A stretch of DNA of 64,000 nt from an uncultured candidate division WWE3 bacterium. GTDB lineage: Bacteria > Patescibacteriota > WWE3 > UBA101185 > UBA10185. The stretch spans positions 5,382 through 69,381 of the forward strand of contig CAIRNR010000007.1 in NCBI GenBank assembly GCA_903879985.1. The letters are read 5' to 3'. Shown here piece by piece: positions 1 through 9,258 of this stretch. The position numbers and the translations under genes are program-made. The notes under the pieces are model-generated. The model ran no database searches, was not told the DNA's origin, and worked only from the letters and a program-made list of their open reading frames with translations. Position 1 is the stretch's first letter; each line of letters opens with the position of its first letter.

Positions 1-15
1 GGCCACAATAAAGGT

Positions 16-996
16 TTAACTAATAAAATTAAACAAATAACCTATCAGCATTACTCCAACTAAAGTAATCACCAAAAAAACAGCTAAAAGTTGCCAACGC
101 ATAACCTTTTTAAGAATCATCAATTCAGGAAAAGACACAGTAACTATTGCCGTCATAAAAGCCAAAGCCGTACCAAGTGGAACACCTTTTTGAACAAGAG
201 CTTCCATAATCGGAATTACGCTTACGGAATTCGCATAAAATGGCGCACCAAGCAATGTAGCAACAGGAACAGCCCACCATGTTCGCATGGATAAATACTT
301 TTCAACCAATGCTGCAGGAACAAAACCGTGAATTAATGCGCCTACTCCAACGCCTAAAATTACATAAGGAAAAACACTTTTTGTAATTGTCATGCCATCG
401 GACCAAAAATACTTTAATAACTCTACTTTGGATAATGCAACTCCCCCATTATCAAACTCAAGCTGTTGCTTAGACTTAAACTTTAATAACTCCGGTTTAA
501 CATACTTATCAAGGTGAAGTTTATGAATTAGCATCCCACCTAACATTGCTACTAAAATTCCTAACAAATTATAAATGATTGTTACTTTTAACCCAAACAT
601 TGCAGGAAATAAATAAAGTGAGGACTCATTTACCAGAGGTGAACTTATTAGAAATGCAAAAGTAACTCCTAAAGGTATACCGGCACCAACAAAACCAATA
701 AATAACGGTATTGAGGAGCACGAACAAAAAGGTGTTACCACACCAAGTAATGCAGCGAATAAATAATCTAGTCCAAACCAACGACGCTTTGCCAAAATGT
801 CCCTAACTTTTTCCATAGGAAAGTAATAGCGCGTTATAGCCATAACATAGTTGATTACGATTAAAAGTAAACCAATCTTAATGACATCATATATAAAAAA
901 GTTGAGAGTATCGCCAAGGTAAGAATTTTCAGTTAAATTAAACCACTTATATGTTACTAAGTCGGAAAAAAGTTGTAGAGGCTTAAAAATATCCAT
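16..996 (-). CDS. ArsP/DUF318 family permease
   Basis: Multi-TM protein with TPFCSCSSIPL and FLISSPLVN motifs typical of DUF318/ArsP; last gene of an ArsR-thioredoxin-permease operon. Confidence 0.85.
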   Translation of the reverse strand: MDIFKPLQLFSDLVTYKWFNLTENSYLGDTLNFFIYDVIKIGLLLIVINYVMAITRYYFPMEKVRDILAKRRWFGLDYLFAALLGVVTPFCSCSSIPLFIGFVGAGIPLGVTFAFLISSPLVNESSLYLFPAMFGLKVTIIYNLLGILVAMLGGMLIHKLHLDKYVKPELLKFKSKQQLEFDNGGVALSKVELLKYFWSDGMTITKSVFPYVILGVGVGALIHGFVPAALVEKYLSMRTWWAVPVATLLGAPFYANSVSVIPIMEALVQKGVPLGTALAFMTAIVTVSFPELMILKKVMRWQLLAVFLVITLVGVMLIGYLFNFIS

Positions 997-999
997 GAA

Positions 1000-1296
1000 T
1001 TAACAACAACTTCCGCCACCGCAACTACAAGAAGATTTTTGTTCTGTAACTAAAGCACCAAATAAAATTGATTTCTTAATCTTTTCTATATCCTGGGAAC
1101 CACCGATCATGACAGGTTTTCCATTTACTGTTAAAACCGGACTGGTCATTATTCCCATTTCGATAATTTTTGTAACATCGGTTATATATTCCAACTCGAC
1201 ATCATCTTTAAGAGTCAGTTCTGTTATAGCCTGCTTTGTTAACTCAAATAATTTTTTACATGTAGGACAACCTGAACCTAAAACTTGAATATACAT
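1000..1296 (-). CDS. Small thioredoxin-family (redox-active disulfide protein 2) protein
   Basis: IQVLGSGCPTC (CxxC) and GIMTSPVLTVNG motifs; Cys-rich tail CSCGGGSCC. Confidence 0.85.
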   Translation of the reverse strand: MYIQVLGSGCPTCKKLFELTKQAITELTLKDDVELEYITDVTKIIEMGIMTSPVLTVNGKPVMIGGSQDIEKIKKSILFGALVTEQKSSCSCGGGSCC

Positions 1297-1310
1297 AAAA
1301 CTCCTTAAAA

Positions 1311-1622
1311 TTAATACAACTCAAATAGCAAGTCAGTAACCTTTTTACCTTTAGCAGTCAACGAATAGTAAACGTATAACCCACGTTTTTCATCAGAAAC
1401 CATATCAATGTCTTTTAAATCTTTTAGGTGATGCGAAATTAAACTTTGAGATAGTTCCAGATGTTCCATAATTTCACAAACACAATGATCACCAGCACGC
1501 AATATACAAAGAATTTTTAGGCGGCTTTCTTCGCTCACAATTTTTAATAATGCTGTAATTGTAGCTACTTGTTGTGATTCTTTAGACGATTGTTCGCAGC
1601 AACTGCATGAACTCATGTTCAT
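1311..1622 (-). CDS. arsR: ArsR/SmtB family metalloregulator
   Basis: RLKIL...HCVCEI...SQSLISHHLKDL...KRGLYVYYSL winged HTH with CVC metal site. Confidence 0.9.
   Translation of the reverse strand: MNMSSCSCCEQSSKESQQVATITALLKIVSEESRLKILCILRAGDHCVCEIMEHLELSQSLISHHLKDLKDIDMVSDEKRGLYVYYSLTAKGKKVTDLLFELY
1607..1622. promoter_or_regulatory. Putative ArsR/SmtB operator overlapping the arsR start codon
   Basis: Inverted repeat ATGAAC-TCAT-GTTCAT, resembling SmtB/CzrA-type TGAACA-nn-TGTTCA boxes. Confidence 0.55.
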
Positions 1623-1752
1623 ATAGTATGTCGTCGGTAGAAGGAAGTCAATGGGAAATGGTTGAATTTTTTTGGGGTCGGTAGTGGAGGCTAATCTAAA
1701 CCAATTGGTTGATGTTTTGGTGATGTTTCAAAAAATTGACTTCGCAAAAGAA

Positions 1753-1786
1753 AAGGCACCCTTATTTTTGTAAGAGTGCCTTATTT
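1753..1786 (-). terminator. Rho-independent terminator after ORFan 1802-2830
   Basis: aaggcacccttat...taagagtgcctt hairpin with an A-run on the + strand (U-run on -). Confidence 0.6.
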
Positions 1787-1801
1787 GGATGCATATCTGA
1801 A

Positions 1802-2830
1802 TTACATGTGAATCATGCTTTCCAGTTTTACGCCAGATATTACCTTTCCGTTATTGATATCCCGTGCCTCGTTGCCTTGTCTGGCCTGTAGCACATAGGT
1901 ATCAGCCCTGATAAGTTGTCCCTCACGCCCAGTATCTCCTTCCAAAATCACACATTCGATGTATTCCTTTTGAAGGTTTTTTTCAGGGTCAGCGAGAAGG
2001 ACCAGCAGAACGTTATCCGCTCGTAAGAAAGCCGGTGTAGCCATTTTTAAGCCCCCCTCAACTTTCCACCAAACCTTCCGAGCCATGACGCCGATCTTTT
2101 CGGTACAGTCTTTGTTGCTAATCCAAACAACACCAACTGGATCGTGTTCACCAACATCGTCAAAGAAGACCGGTCCTTTGCCATAGGCATTGGCGATGAA
2201 GTTCAACAGCCCGTCGGGATCATCAGTAACGAAATCCCAATGTGCTGCAACATCATGCGGACCATCTGGGAACCATTGATGCTCACGATAAGTTCCATCT
2301 TCCATAGGGAAGTATGTACGATTGTGATCGCCCGGTACGTCTCTTATCATACCGTTTTCACGAGCTGCGCAGTTGACCCTATATGTTTCTTCATCGGGAA
2401 AACGCACGCCGACATGGTGAAGTTTGAGCGACTTTACCTCGCGATCATAAAGCGTCAGCAAAGCAAGCAGGCGATCGTGTTCTTGCGCCATTTTGCTTAC
2501 AGCAACGATCGTCCCGTTCAGTGCAACGCCGCCCATCCAATGAAGGCTCAGCTCATTGCTTTCGACTGGAGTCATCACGAGCTTTCCATCAAGACCAGCT
2601 CCTGCAAGGACCAGTTCGCCCATTTTACAGTAAGCTACATGCGGTGCGCGCGAAGTATTTCCTTCCGAAACGATACCCGCCCAGCCACCAAAAGCGACCA
2701 TATCACGGTCGGCTTCGACTGAGGCGACAACCACATAGGCGAAAATTCCCATTGCCTTGCACAGTTGTGCAGCAAATTCGTGGTTATCGTGGATACTCAT
2801 TACAGTATCAGCAGCATCTTCGTAATCCAT
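1802..2830 (-). CDS. Hypothetical protein (possible VOC/glyoxalase-like segment LHHVGVRF; may be two genes)
   Basis: Open frame; likely start MDYEDAAD at 2830 after SD AAAAAGGAG; internal SD-like GAGGGGG before ATG at 2044. Confidence 0.6.
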   Translation of the reverse strand: MDYEDAADTVMSIHDNHEFAAQLCKAMGIFAYVVVASVEADRDMVAFGGWAGIVSEGNTSRAPHVAYCKMGELVLAGAGLDGKLVMTPVESNELSLHWMGGVALNGTIVAVSKMAQEHDRLLALLTLYDREVKSLKLHHVGVRFPDEETYRVNCAARENGMIRDVPGDHNRTYFPMEDGTYREHQWFPDGPHDVAAHWDFVTDDPDGLLNFIANAYGKGPVFFDDVGEHDPVGVVWISNKDCTEKIGVMARKVWWKVEGGLKMATPAFLRADNVLLVLLADPEKNLQKEYIECVILEGDTGREGQLIRADTYVLQARQGNEARDINNGKVISGVKLESMIHM

Positions 2831-3018
2831 TGTTTCATCTCCTTTTTGATGATTGATTATTCCGCAAAATATTTGTTGCGGTTTTGGATAGCTAATATGC
2901 ACAATTATAAGTGAAAATAGCTTTTTGGTCAAACTATAGGATAACTGCACACAACAGTGTAGCTTCTAGGTAAAACTCTTCGGATCGATTATTCGTTTGG
3001 GTATACTGAAAAAGTTTC

Positions 3019-3150
3019 GATGTAACAATCTAAATTACTTGGGGTGGCTTCCTAACAAAGTTTAGAACTGCAATTGAGGAAAACATTAACTACATTCCCA
3101 AATATCCAGAGTTTGAAGATGTAGCCATTTTGAACAAGAGATTTATATAA
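3019..3150 (+). repeat. Direct repeat copy 1 (outer attL-like site plus recombinase C-terminal tail)
   Basis: Near-identical to 4873-5004; 3040-3150 encodes WGGFLTKFRTAIEENINYIPKYPEFEDVAILNKRFI*. Confidence 0.9.
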
Positions 3151-3279
3151 CATTGTTCTTGTAACGCTGAAAACCACTGCAGTAACAGGCTTTTACTTAT
3201 AAATAATTTTTGATACAATGACGAAGTCAAATAACTTGAGCTGGAATGCTCTAAACCTAGTAGATAAAGGAGAAATACA

Positions 3280-3420
3280 ATGTCCAAAAATGGTCCTGAC
3301 GATGATGAAGATGAGGACACCCCAGATCCCGAAGACAACGACGCTGATGGTATCGGTGATGACGGTCAAGACGACTCGGGCGACGATGACAGTGACGACA
3401 GCGATACCGACGATCAATAA
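3280..3420 (+). CDS. 46-aa hyper-acidic small protein (not in ORF track)
   Basis: SD AAAGGAG then ATG; MSKNGPDDDEDEDTPDPEDNDADGIGDDGQDDSGDDDSDDSDTDDQ*; downstream hairpin at ~3443-3481. Confidence 0.65.
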   Translation: MSKNGPDDDEDEDTPDPEDNDADGIGDDGQDDSGDDDSDDSDTDDQ

Positions 3421-3500
3421 TCGCTGAACTCGCAAAGCACTAAGTAGCTAGACACCAACCTAAAAGTTATGTCTAGCTATTCTTTTATTTGGCGTAGGTT

Positions 3501-4793
3501 TTATAGGTTGATTTTAATGCTTTGTACGAAAGCGTCATCTACAGAACCTGCTAAAGATAAATACCAATTGTTAGCTGTAAGGTATTTTTCAGTTACTCTT
3601 TTTATGTCCTCAATTGTTACTGATTCTACTTCTTTAAGGTAATCCTCAATTGTCCATGTATCATTTGGGTAATATAAATCTCTATAGTCATGCACATCTA
3701 CCCATGCTTCAGAGGTCTGCATCTTAGTTTTAGTTGATTTTGTTAGTCTGTTTTTAACTAATTGCAGTTCATCTGCTGTTGAACCTTCACTAGCCATTCT
3801 TTTTATTTCAATGCAAATTATATCTAATACTTCTTGCAATTTGCTCTTTGCAACCGATGTAGTTATGTTAAACGCACCGCCATCAACAAAAGAACCATTA
3901 TTTGAATTTATAGAATAAATAAGACCACGTTCGTAACGTAATTTCTTTATCAAAACACCTGTTCTTCCCCCCGCTAAAATACTTGCTAATAGACTTAGAG
4001 TTCTAGTGTCACTATTAGCCATATTCGGAGTTCTAAAACTTAAGCGGGTCTCTATACTTTTATTATCAAAAAAAGCGTATTCAATAACCTTATCCCTAAA
4101 AACGGGTAAGTCATTTTCAAAGATAGGTCTTTCGCCTTGAGGTAAAGATAGGTGCTTTTCCAATAGAGGTAGTAAGGTATCTTTACTTAAATCACCTGCA
4201 ACAATTATTGTAGCCAACGAGCTTTTAATAAACTTATGATAAAAACCTAGCATATCCTCTTTAGTTATACTTCCAATTGATTCTGCCGTGCCCAGATTGG
4301 ATTTTCCTACAACCGTTTTCTGATAAACAAGTGGTCTGGATATTTCCACTAACATTTTACTTGGATTTGATTTTTTAGATTCTAGCTCACGCAAAATTGC
4401 CCCACGCTCTTTTTCAATAGTTTTTTCATCAAATAGTGCATTTAATAGCACATCTGATACCAGTCTAATAGCCGACTCCGTGTCATGTGGGTCACCAAGA
4501 GAAACATTTATATCTAGCTTATCTGAACTTGTTGAAGCACCTATAGAACCTCCTAAGTCCTCAATAAAACCTGCCATTATATCTTTTGTAGGATAGGTTT
4601 TAGTACCTGCTAAGAGCATATGTTCCATAAAATGTGCTAAACCCTCTTTGCCTTCTGGGTCAAATCTTGAACCTGCAATAAAAGTAATAAGTAGGTGTAC
4701 AGGCATTTTAGTTCTATTAAATAGCACTACATGCGTTCCAGACGATAAATTAAAGGTTTCTCTTTTTACATTGAAGTCTTCTAGGGTAAACAT
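3501..4793 (-). CDS. M16 family (pitrilysin/insulinase-like) zinc peptidase
   Basis: GLAHFMEHML (HxxEH) and KLRYERGLIYSI motifs. Confidence 0.92.
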   Translation of the reverse strand: MFTLEDFNVKRETFNLSSGTHVVLFNRTKMPVHLLITFIAGSRFDPEGKEGLAHFMEHMLLAGTKTYPTKDIMAGFIEDLGGSIGASTSSDKLDINVSLGDPHDTESAIRLVSDVLLNALFDEKTIEKERGAILRELESKKSNPSKMLVEISRPLVYQKTVVGKSNLGTAESIGSITKEDMLGFYHKFIKSSLATIIVAGDLSKDTLLPLLEKHLSLPQGERPIFENDLPVFRDKVIEYAFFDNKSIETRLSFRTPNMANSDTRTLSLLASILAGGRTGVLIKKLRYERGLIYSINSNNGSFVDGGAFNITTSVAKSKLQEVLDIICIEIKRMASEGSTADELQLVKNRLTKSTKTKMQTSEAWVDVHDYRDLYYPNDTWTIEDYLKEVESVTIEDIKRVTEKYLTANNWYLSLAGSVDDAFVQSIKINL

Positions 4794-4872
4794 ATTGCTA
4801 TGATAACACTATTTAGTATGCTTATCCTTTATGTTAGTTCTAACCTTGATTTGGGGTAATTAGTTTTATGTT

Positions 4873-5004
4873 GATGTGACAATTTAGATATTTTGGGGTG
4901 GCTTCTTAACAAAGTTTAGAACTGCTATTGAGGAAAACATTAACTACATTCCCAAATATCCAGAGTTTGAAGATGTAAGCATTTTGAGCAAACGCTTTAT
5001 TTAG
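4873..5004 (+). repeat. Direct repeat copy 2 (inner attL-like site plus recombinase C-terminal tail)
   Basis: Near-identical to 3019-3150; 4894-5004 encodes WGGFLTKFRTAIEENINYIPKYPEFEDVSILSKRFI*. Confidence 0.9.
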
Positions 5005-5185
5005 TCTTTTCCGCTCCTATCTTCTTATTAAGCTCTTTTCGCTGTTCTGGTGTCATAGCTATAAATCTATCTATCATAAAATTAGCCAACTTATACATAT
5101 GCTCAACAGTTTTTACGATTTGTTCATCAGACATGCCTTTTGCAGTATCTCCAAGTATTGATTTAGCCTTTTCTAGCGTTACCAT
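4997..5185 (-). CDS. Small hypothetical protein at the island end
   Basis: 62-aa helical ORF overlapping the upstream gene; converges on the recombinase tail. Confidence 0.6.
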   Translation of the reverse strand: MVTLEKAKSILGDTAKGMSDEQIVKTVEHMYKLANFMIDRFIAMTPEQRKELNKKIGAEKTK

Positions 5186-5339
5186 CTGTTTCTTTCTTTT
5201 GAATTGGTTTGGTAATAACCTTCATAAAGTTAAAAAGTCTGTTTGCTTTATCAAAGGCTTCTGCGTCACTAAGCTCAACTCCAACCTCTTTTTTATAAAT
5301 CTGCTTAAATTCATCTATCGCTTCTTTTGGTAGTGTCAT
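5163..5339 (-). CDS. Small hypothetical protein, paralogue of 14027-14218
   Basis: Start MTLPKE; FKQIYKKEVGVELSDAEAFDKANRLFNF aligns with FKELYAKRYGVELTEKEVSEKANQLLNF. Confidence 0.7.
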   Translation of the reverse strand: MTLPKEAIDEFKQIYKKEVGVELSDAEAFDKANRLFNFMKVITKPIQKKETDGNARKG

Positions 5340-5418
5340 ACATAAAATAATACCCTCATAATGGCACTTCTGGTATATAATCCTGCTTAGGTATAGCAAA
5401 ATTAGGATAAATATAAAG

Positions 5419-6834
5419 ATGATAACTAAGACAGACTTTTTAGCTTATATAGACGCACCACGCCACTTTTGGGCTTTAAAAAACAATAAGTATGACCTAA
5501 CCCTATCCGATTTTGATAAACACCTGATAGAACAAGGCTACATAGTAGAAACTAAGGCGAGGGAATACGCTCAAAGATATCTGTTACCCAATTATTCAAC
5601 TGATGAAACTGACTTAGTTTTTCAAAGAGCTTGTGAAGACGGTGAATTTCAAGCTAGGTCTGATATTTTGATTAGAAACTCAACTACTAATAAATGGGAT
5701 ATTTACGAAGTAAAAAGTGTAACCAAACCTGAACCAGAGCATTATTATGACGCATGTTTCCAAACAATCATCTTTGAAGAGAACTTGGATATTGCAAATG
5801 TTTTTATCCTGCATGTGAACAATGACTATATACGAGAAGGTGATTTTGACTTGGGTTTGTTTATAAAAACAGAAGATGTAACTCAAAAAGTGAAAGAGTT
5901 AAAGGAAGACACCTTGAATAAAATGAAGGATTGCCTGTTTTTAGTTAGTACAGATAACTATAAACTCGCTACAGAGTGCTTCAAACCTAAGGAATGCCAC
6001 TGCAAAGAGCTTTGCTTTCCTAACCTACCAGCAGATTCAATCTACAATCTATCAAGAATTACAGAAAAGAAGATTTTAGAACTACGAGATAACGACATTT
6101 TGAATATAACCGATATACCTGATGACTTTAGTCTAACTTCAAACCAAAGGGTACAGGTGGCGGTAGCCAAAAGAAACGAAATACTTATAAATAAACAAGC
6201 CATTAAAAATGATTTAGAAGCACTCACCTACCCTCTATATTTTCTTGACTATGAAACCTACCCCTCTGCAATTCCAATGTATGACGGGTATAAACCTTAT
6301 CAACATATGGTGTTTCAATACTCACTACATATTTTAAAAAACCCAGACGATAAAGAGCTACAACACTACGAGTATGTTGTAACAACGCAAAATGAACCGT
6401 GCAAAGAGCTTCTAACACACATGAAACAGCATATTGGGGAAACAGGCAGTGTAATTGTTTGGTATAAACCATTTGAATGTTCCAGAAACAAAGAGATGGC
6501 AGAACTATGCCCAGACTTTGCTGATTTTATGGAATCGGTTAACGACAGGGTATACGACCTAATGGACATATTTAAAAATAACTATTATGTAGACCCAAAG
6601 TTTAAGGGCAGTAACTCAATTAAAGATGTTTTGCCTGTTTTAGTTCCAGAACTCAACTACAAAGCCTTAGATATTCAAAGTGGCACAATGGCAATGACTG
6701 GTTGGTACGAGATAGTTTATGAGAATAAAGACCAAGTAGAAAAAGATAAAATACTAAAAAATCTTTTAACTTATTGTGAGCAAGATACTTTAGCGATGGT
6801 AAAAATTTTGGAGTTTCTGACCAAGTTGGCATAG
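5419..6834 (+). CDS. DUF2779-type protein: N-terminal PD-(D/E)xK nuclease plus C-terminal RNase H-like domain
   Basis: ARSDIL...IYEVKS nuclease motif; FLDYET...FQYSLH...GSNSIKDVLP...YCEQDT C-terminal motifs. Confidence 0.8.
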   Translation: MITKTDFLAYIDAPRHFWALKNNKYDLTLSDFDKHLIEQGYIVETKAREYAQRYLLPNYSTDETDLVFQRACEDGEFQARSDILIRNSTTNKWDIYEVKSVTKPEPEHYYDACFQTIIFEENLDIANVFILHVNNDYIREGDFDLGLFIKTEDVTQKVKELKEDTLNKMKDCLFLVSTDNYKLATECFKPKECHCKELCFPNLPADSIYNLSRITEKKILELRDNDILNITDIPDDFSLTSNQRVQVAVAKRNEILINKQAIKNDLEALTYPLYFLDYETYPSAIPMYDGYKPYQHMVFQYSLHILKNPDDKELQHYEYVVTTQNEPCKELLTHMKQHIGETGSVIVWYKPFECSRNKEMAELCPDFADFMESVNDRVYDLMDIFKNNYYVDPKFKGSNSIKDVLPVLVPELNYKALDIQSGTMAMTGWYEIVYENKDQVEKDKILKNLLTYCEQDTLAMVKILEFLTKLA

Positions 6835-6902
6835 TTACCAATACTAAGGCTTTTCTAAAAACTATTAGACTTGTAGAATGTTAATGGAGTTATTATATAA
6901 AT

Positions 6903-9257
6903 ATGAACACTATAAAGATTAAGCAATATCTTGATAAACAACAAATAAAGGTTGTAGAACTATACGATTTTGAAAACAAGAAGGTAAGGTATTCAGAAAA
7001 AATCAAGGGTTGGAAAATTGATAAATTCAGAGGTGATGAGGAAATAGTACGAGCTTACATTTTAGCTAAGCTAGTTAACGAACTAGGCTACAAACCAGAA
7101 AACATTGAGCTTGAGAAAGAATACGATATTGGCAGACCTAAAGTAAATAAACCCCGAATTGATATTATTGTTAGAGACGATAACGGAAACGCTTTTCTGT
7201 ATATAGAGCTAAAAAGCCCCCTAGATTACGAAAAAGACAAAGACGAGGTAATAGAAAAACAACTATTTAACCTAGCGTCACAAGAACAAGGTCAAGGCAG
7301 AAAAGTAAAATACTTAACACTATATTCAGTAGAAATTGTTAATGACGAAATAAAAGATAAAACAATCCTTATTGATTATGAAAAATTTAACTCCTTTGAC
7401 CAATGGAAAGAGATACGAAATTATGCAGATGAACTACCAATACGCTACGGAAAAGCCCAGAAAGAACCTTATGTAAAGGGCGGAAAGAAAGATTTAGATA
7501 GCAATTTTTCTCATACACAGCTAGATGCTTTGCGAAAAAATTTACATAATGTACTTTGGGGTGGTGGTGGAACAGACGACAATGATGTATTTTCCTCACT
7601 GGTTAATATAATTCTTGCAAAAATCCAAGATGAGAGTGAGAAAAAAGTTAGTGAAGTTTATGATTTCCAAATCAGGTCATATCAAGACGGCGACAGCTTT
7701 GAGAGCAATGACCAACTATTTGACAGAATAAATGCACTATATAGGAGAGCCTTACACGATAGACTTAATGTTGATGGAGCTAAAATAGCCAAGTCTTACA
7801 TAATTGACGAAAATAAATTTTCTCTTAACAAATTAAAGTACACAGTTTCAGAGCTTGAGAGATTATCATTTGTTGAAGGAAAAAATCAACTTACTGGAAA
7901 AGACATTTTAGGAGACTTTTTTGAGGGCATAATTAGAGAAGGATTCAAACAAAGCAAAGGACAGTTTTTTACGCACATCAATGTAGTTAAGTTTATTCTT
8001 TGGGGGTTACAACTGGATAAATTAGCTACAGAAAAGGTAAATAAGGAGCAAGAATTACCTTATATTATAGACCCAAGTGCAGGTAGTGGGACTTTCCTTA
8101 TTGAGTACATGAAGTACATTACTCAAAATATAAAATACCGATTTAAGAACAAGCTAGATACTTCATATAATATCCAGAAAAAACTTCAATCATGGTTTTA
8201 CCCTGATAATTTTGAGAACAAATGGGCAGAGCAATACATATACGGTAGTGATATTAACTTTAATCTAGGTACAGCTACAAAAGTTAACATGATACTACAT
8301 GGCGATGGTTCAGCTAATGTATTTGTGAAAGACGGATTATTGCCTTTTAACTTCTATAAGAATTTATTAGCGGATAGCACACCAGATAATACCTACTATG
8401 ATAAAGATGTAAACGGTAAATTTGATGTAATAATAACCAATCCGCCATTTAGTGTTGACTTAGATAACGATACAAAGAAAAGTGTAAAAAAAGACTTTAT
8501 ATTTGGGGATAAGAAAAATTCAGAAAACCTATTTATTGAAAGATACTACCAACTACTTAAACCTAACGGTAGGTTTGGAATAGTATTACCCGAAAGTGTA
8601 TTTGATACTACGGAAAATAAGTATATCCGCTTATTTATATACAAATACTTCAAAATTAAGGCAATAGTCTCACTACCTCAATCCACATTTGAGCCTTTTA
8701 CTAGTACAAAAACCAGTCTATTGTTTGCTCAAAAGAAAACTAAAGCAGAGATACAAGAATGGGATAGCCTTTGGACAAAGTATTCAAATGAGTGGAATAC
8801 TCTGAAAACTAGGGCTAATAATCTAGTGGACACATACACAAGTGAGAAGGATAGAAATAAACTAACTTCTATTAGAGACCTTAACGAAGGCGAAGAAAAA
8901 GAGATTCTTAATAAAATACTCAAAAACTACATAGAAAAAGAAGATGCTAACCTTACACCTAAAGCACTTGTTGAAAAGTATGAAGGTGAATTAAAAGAGC
9001 TTTGTAAATACGATGCTGACACAAAAGAAGCCTATGGCTTTGTAAATACTTGGTGGGTATTTGGAGAGGTTTCAAAAGAACTAAATTATAAAATTCTTAT
9101 GACAGAGATAGCTAATGTCGGTTACAAGAGAAGTAAAAGAGGCGAAAAGCCTATGCCAAACGAGTTGTTTAGAGAAGATGATAAAGGACAGGTTTTAGTA
9201 GATGACGGGATACTAGAAACAGCTTTAGACTATCTTAGAAATTTAGAGTGGGAATAG
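6903..9257 (+). CDS. Restriction endonuclease-N6 adenine methyltransferase fusion (HsdR_N + N6-MTase; Type IIB/IIG-like)
   Basis: N-terminal RIDII...IELK; GQFFT, IDPSAGSGTFL (SAM motif) and NPPF (catalytic motif IV). Confidence 0.88.
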   Translation: MNTIKIKQYLDKQQIKVVELYDFENKKVRYSEKIKGWKIDKFRGDEEIVRAYILAKLVNELGYKPENIELEKEYDIGRPKVNKPRIDIIVRDDNGNAFLYIELKSPLDYEKDKDEVIEKQLFNLASQEQGQGRKVKYLTLYSVEIVNDEIKDKTILIDYEKFNSFDQWKEIRNYADELPIRYGKAQKEPYVKGGKKDLDSNFSHTQLDALRKNLHNVLWGGGGTDDNDVFSSLVNIILAKIQDESEKKVSEVYDFQIRSYQDGDSFESNDQLFDRINALYRRALHDRLNVDGAKIAKSYIIDENKFSLNKLKYTVSELERLSFVEGKNQLTGKDILGDFFEGIIREGFKQSKGQFFTHINVVKFILWGLQLDKLATEKVNKEQELPYIIDPSAGSGTFLIEYMKYITQNIKYRFKNKLDTSYNIQKKLQSWFYPDNFENKWAEQYIYGSDINFNLGTATKVNMILHGDGSANVFVKDGLLPFNFYKNLLADSTPDNTYYDKDVNGKFDVIITNPPFSVDLDNDTKKSVKKDFIFGDKKNSENLFIERYYQLLKPNGRFGIVLPESVFDTTENKYIRLFIYKYFKIKAIVSLPQSTFEPFTSTKTSLLFAQKKTKAEIQEWDSLWTKYSNEWNTLKTRANNLVDTYTSEKDRNKLTSIRDLNEGEEKEILNKILKNYIEKEDANLTPKALVEKYEGELKELCKYDADTKEAYGFVNTWWVFGEVSKELNYKILMTEIANVGYKRSKRGEKPMPNELFREDDKGQVLVDDGILETALDYLRNLEWE

Positions 9258-9258
9258 T

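Noticed and set aside
2144-2856. Plus-strand ORFs 2144-2722 and 2521-2856
   Set aside because: Antisense to the SD-led gene 1802-2830, with no motifs of their own.
3090-3435. ORF-track calls 3090-3338(-), 3193-3435(-) and 3218-3427(+)
   Set aside because: Shadow frames of the low-complexity acidic ORF 3280-3420, which alone has an SD and ATG.
4850-4860. Additional TTTGGGGT core-like word near the inner att site
   Set aside because: The match stops after 8 bp and no tail sequence follows.
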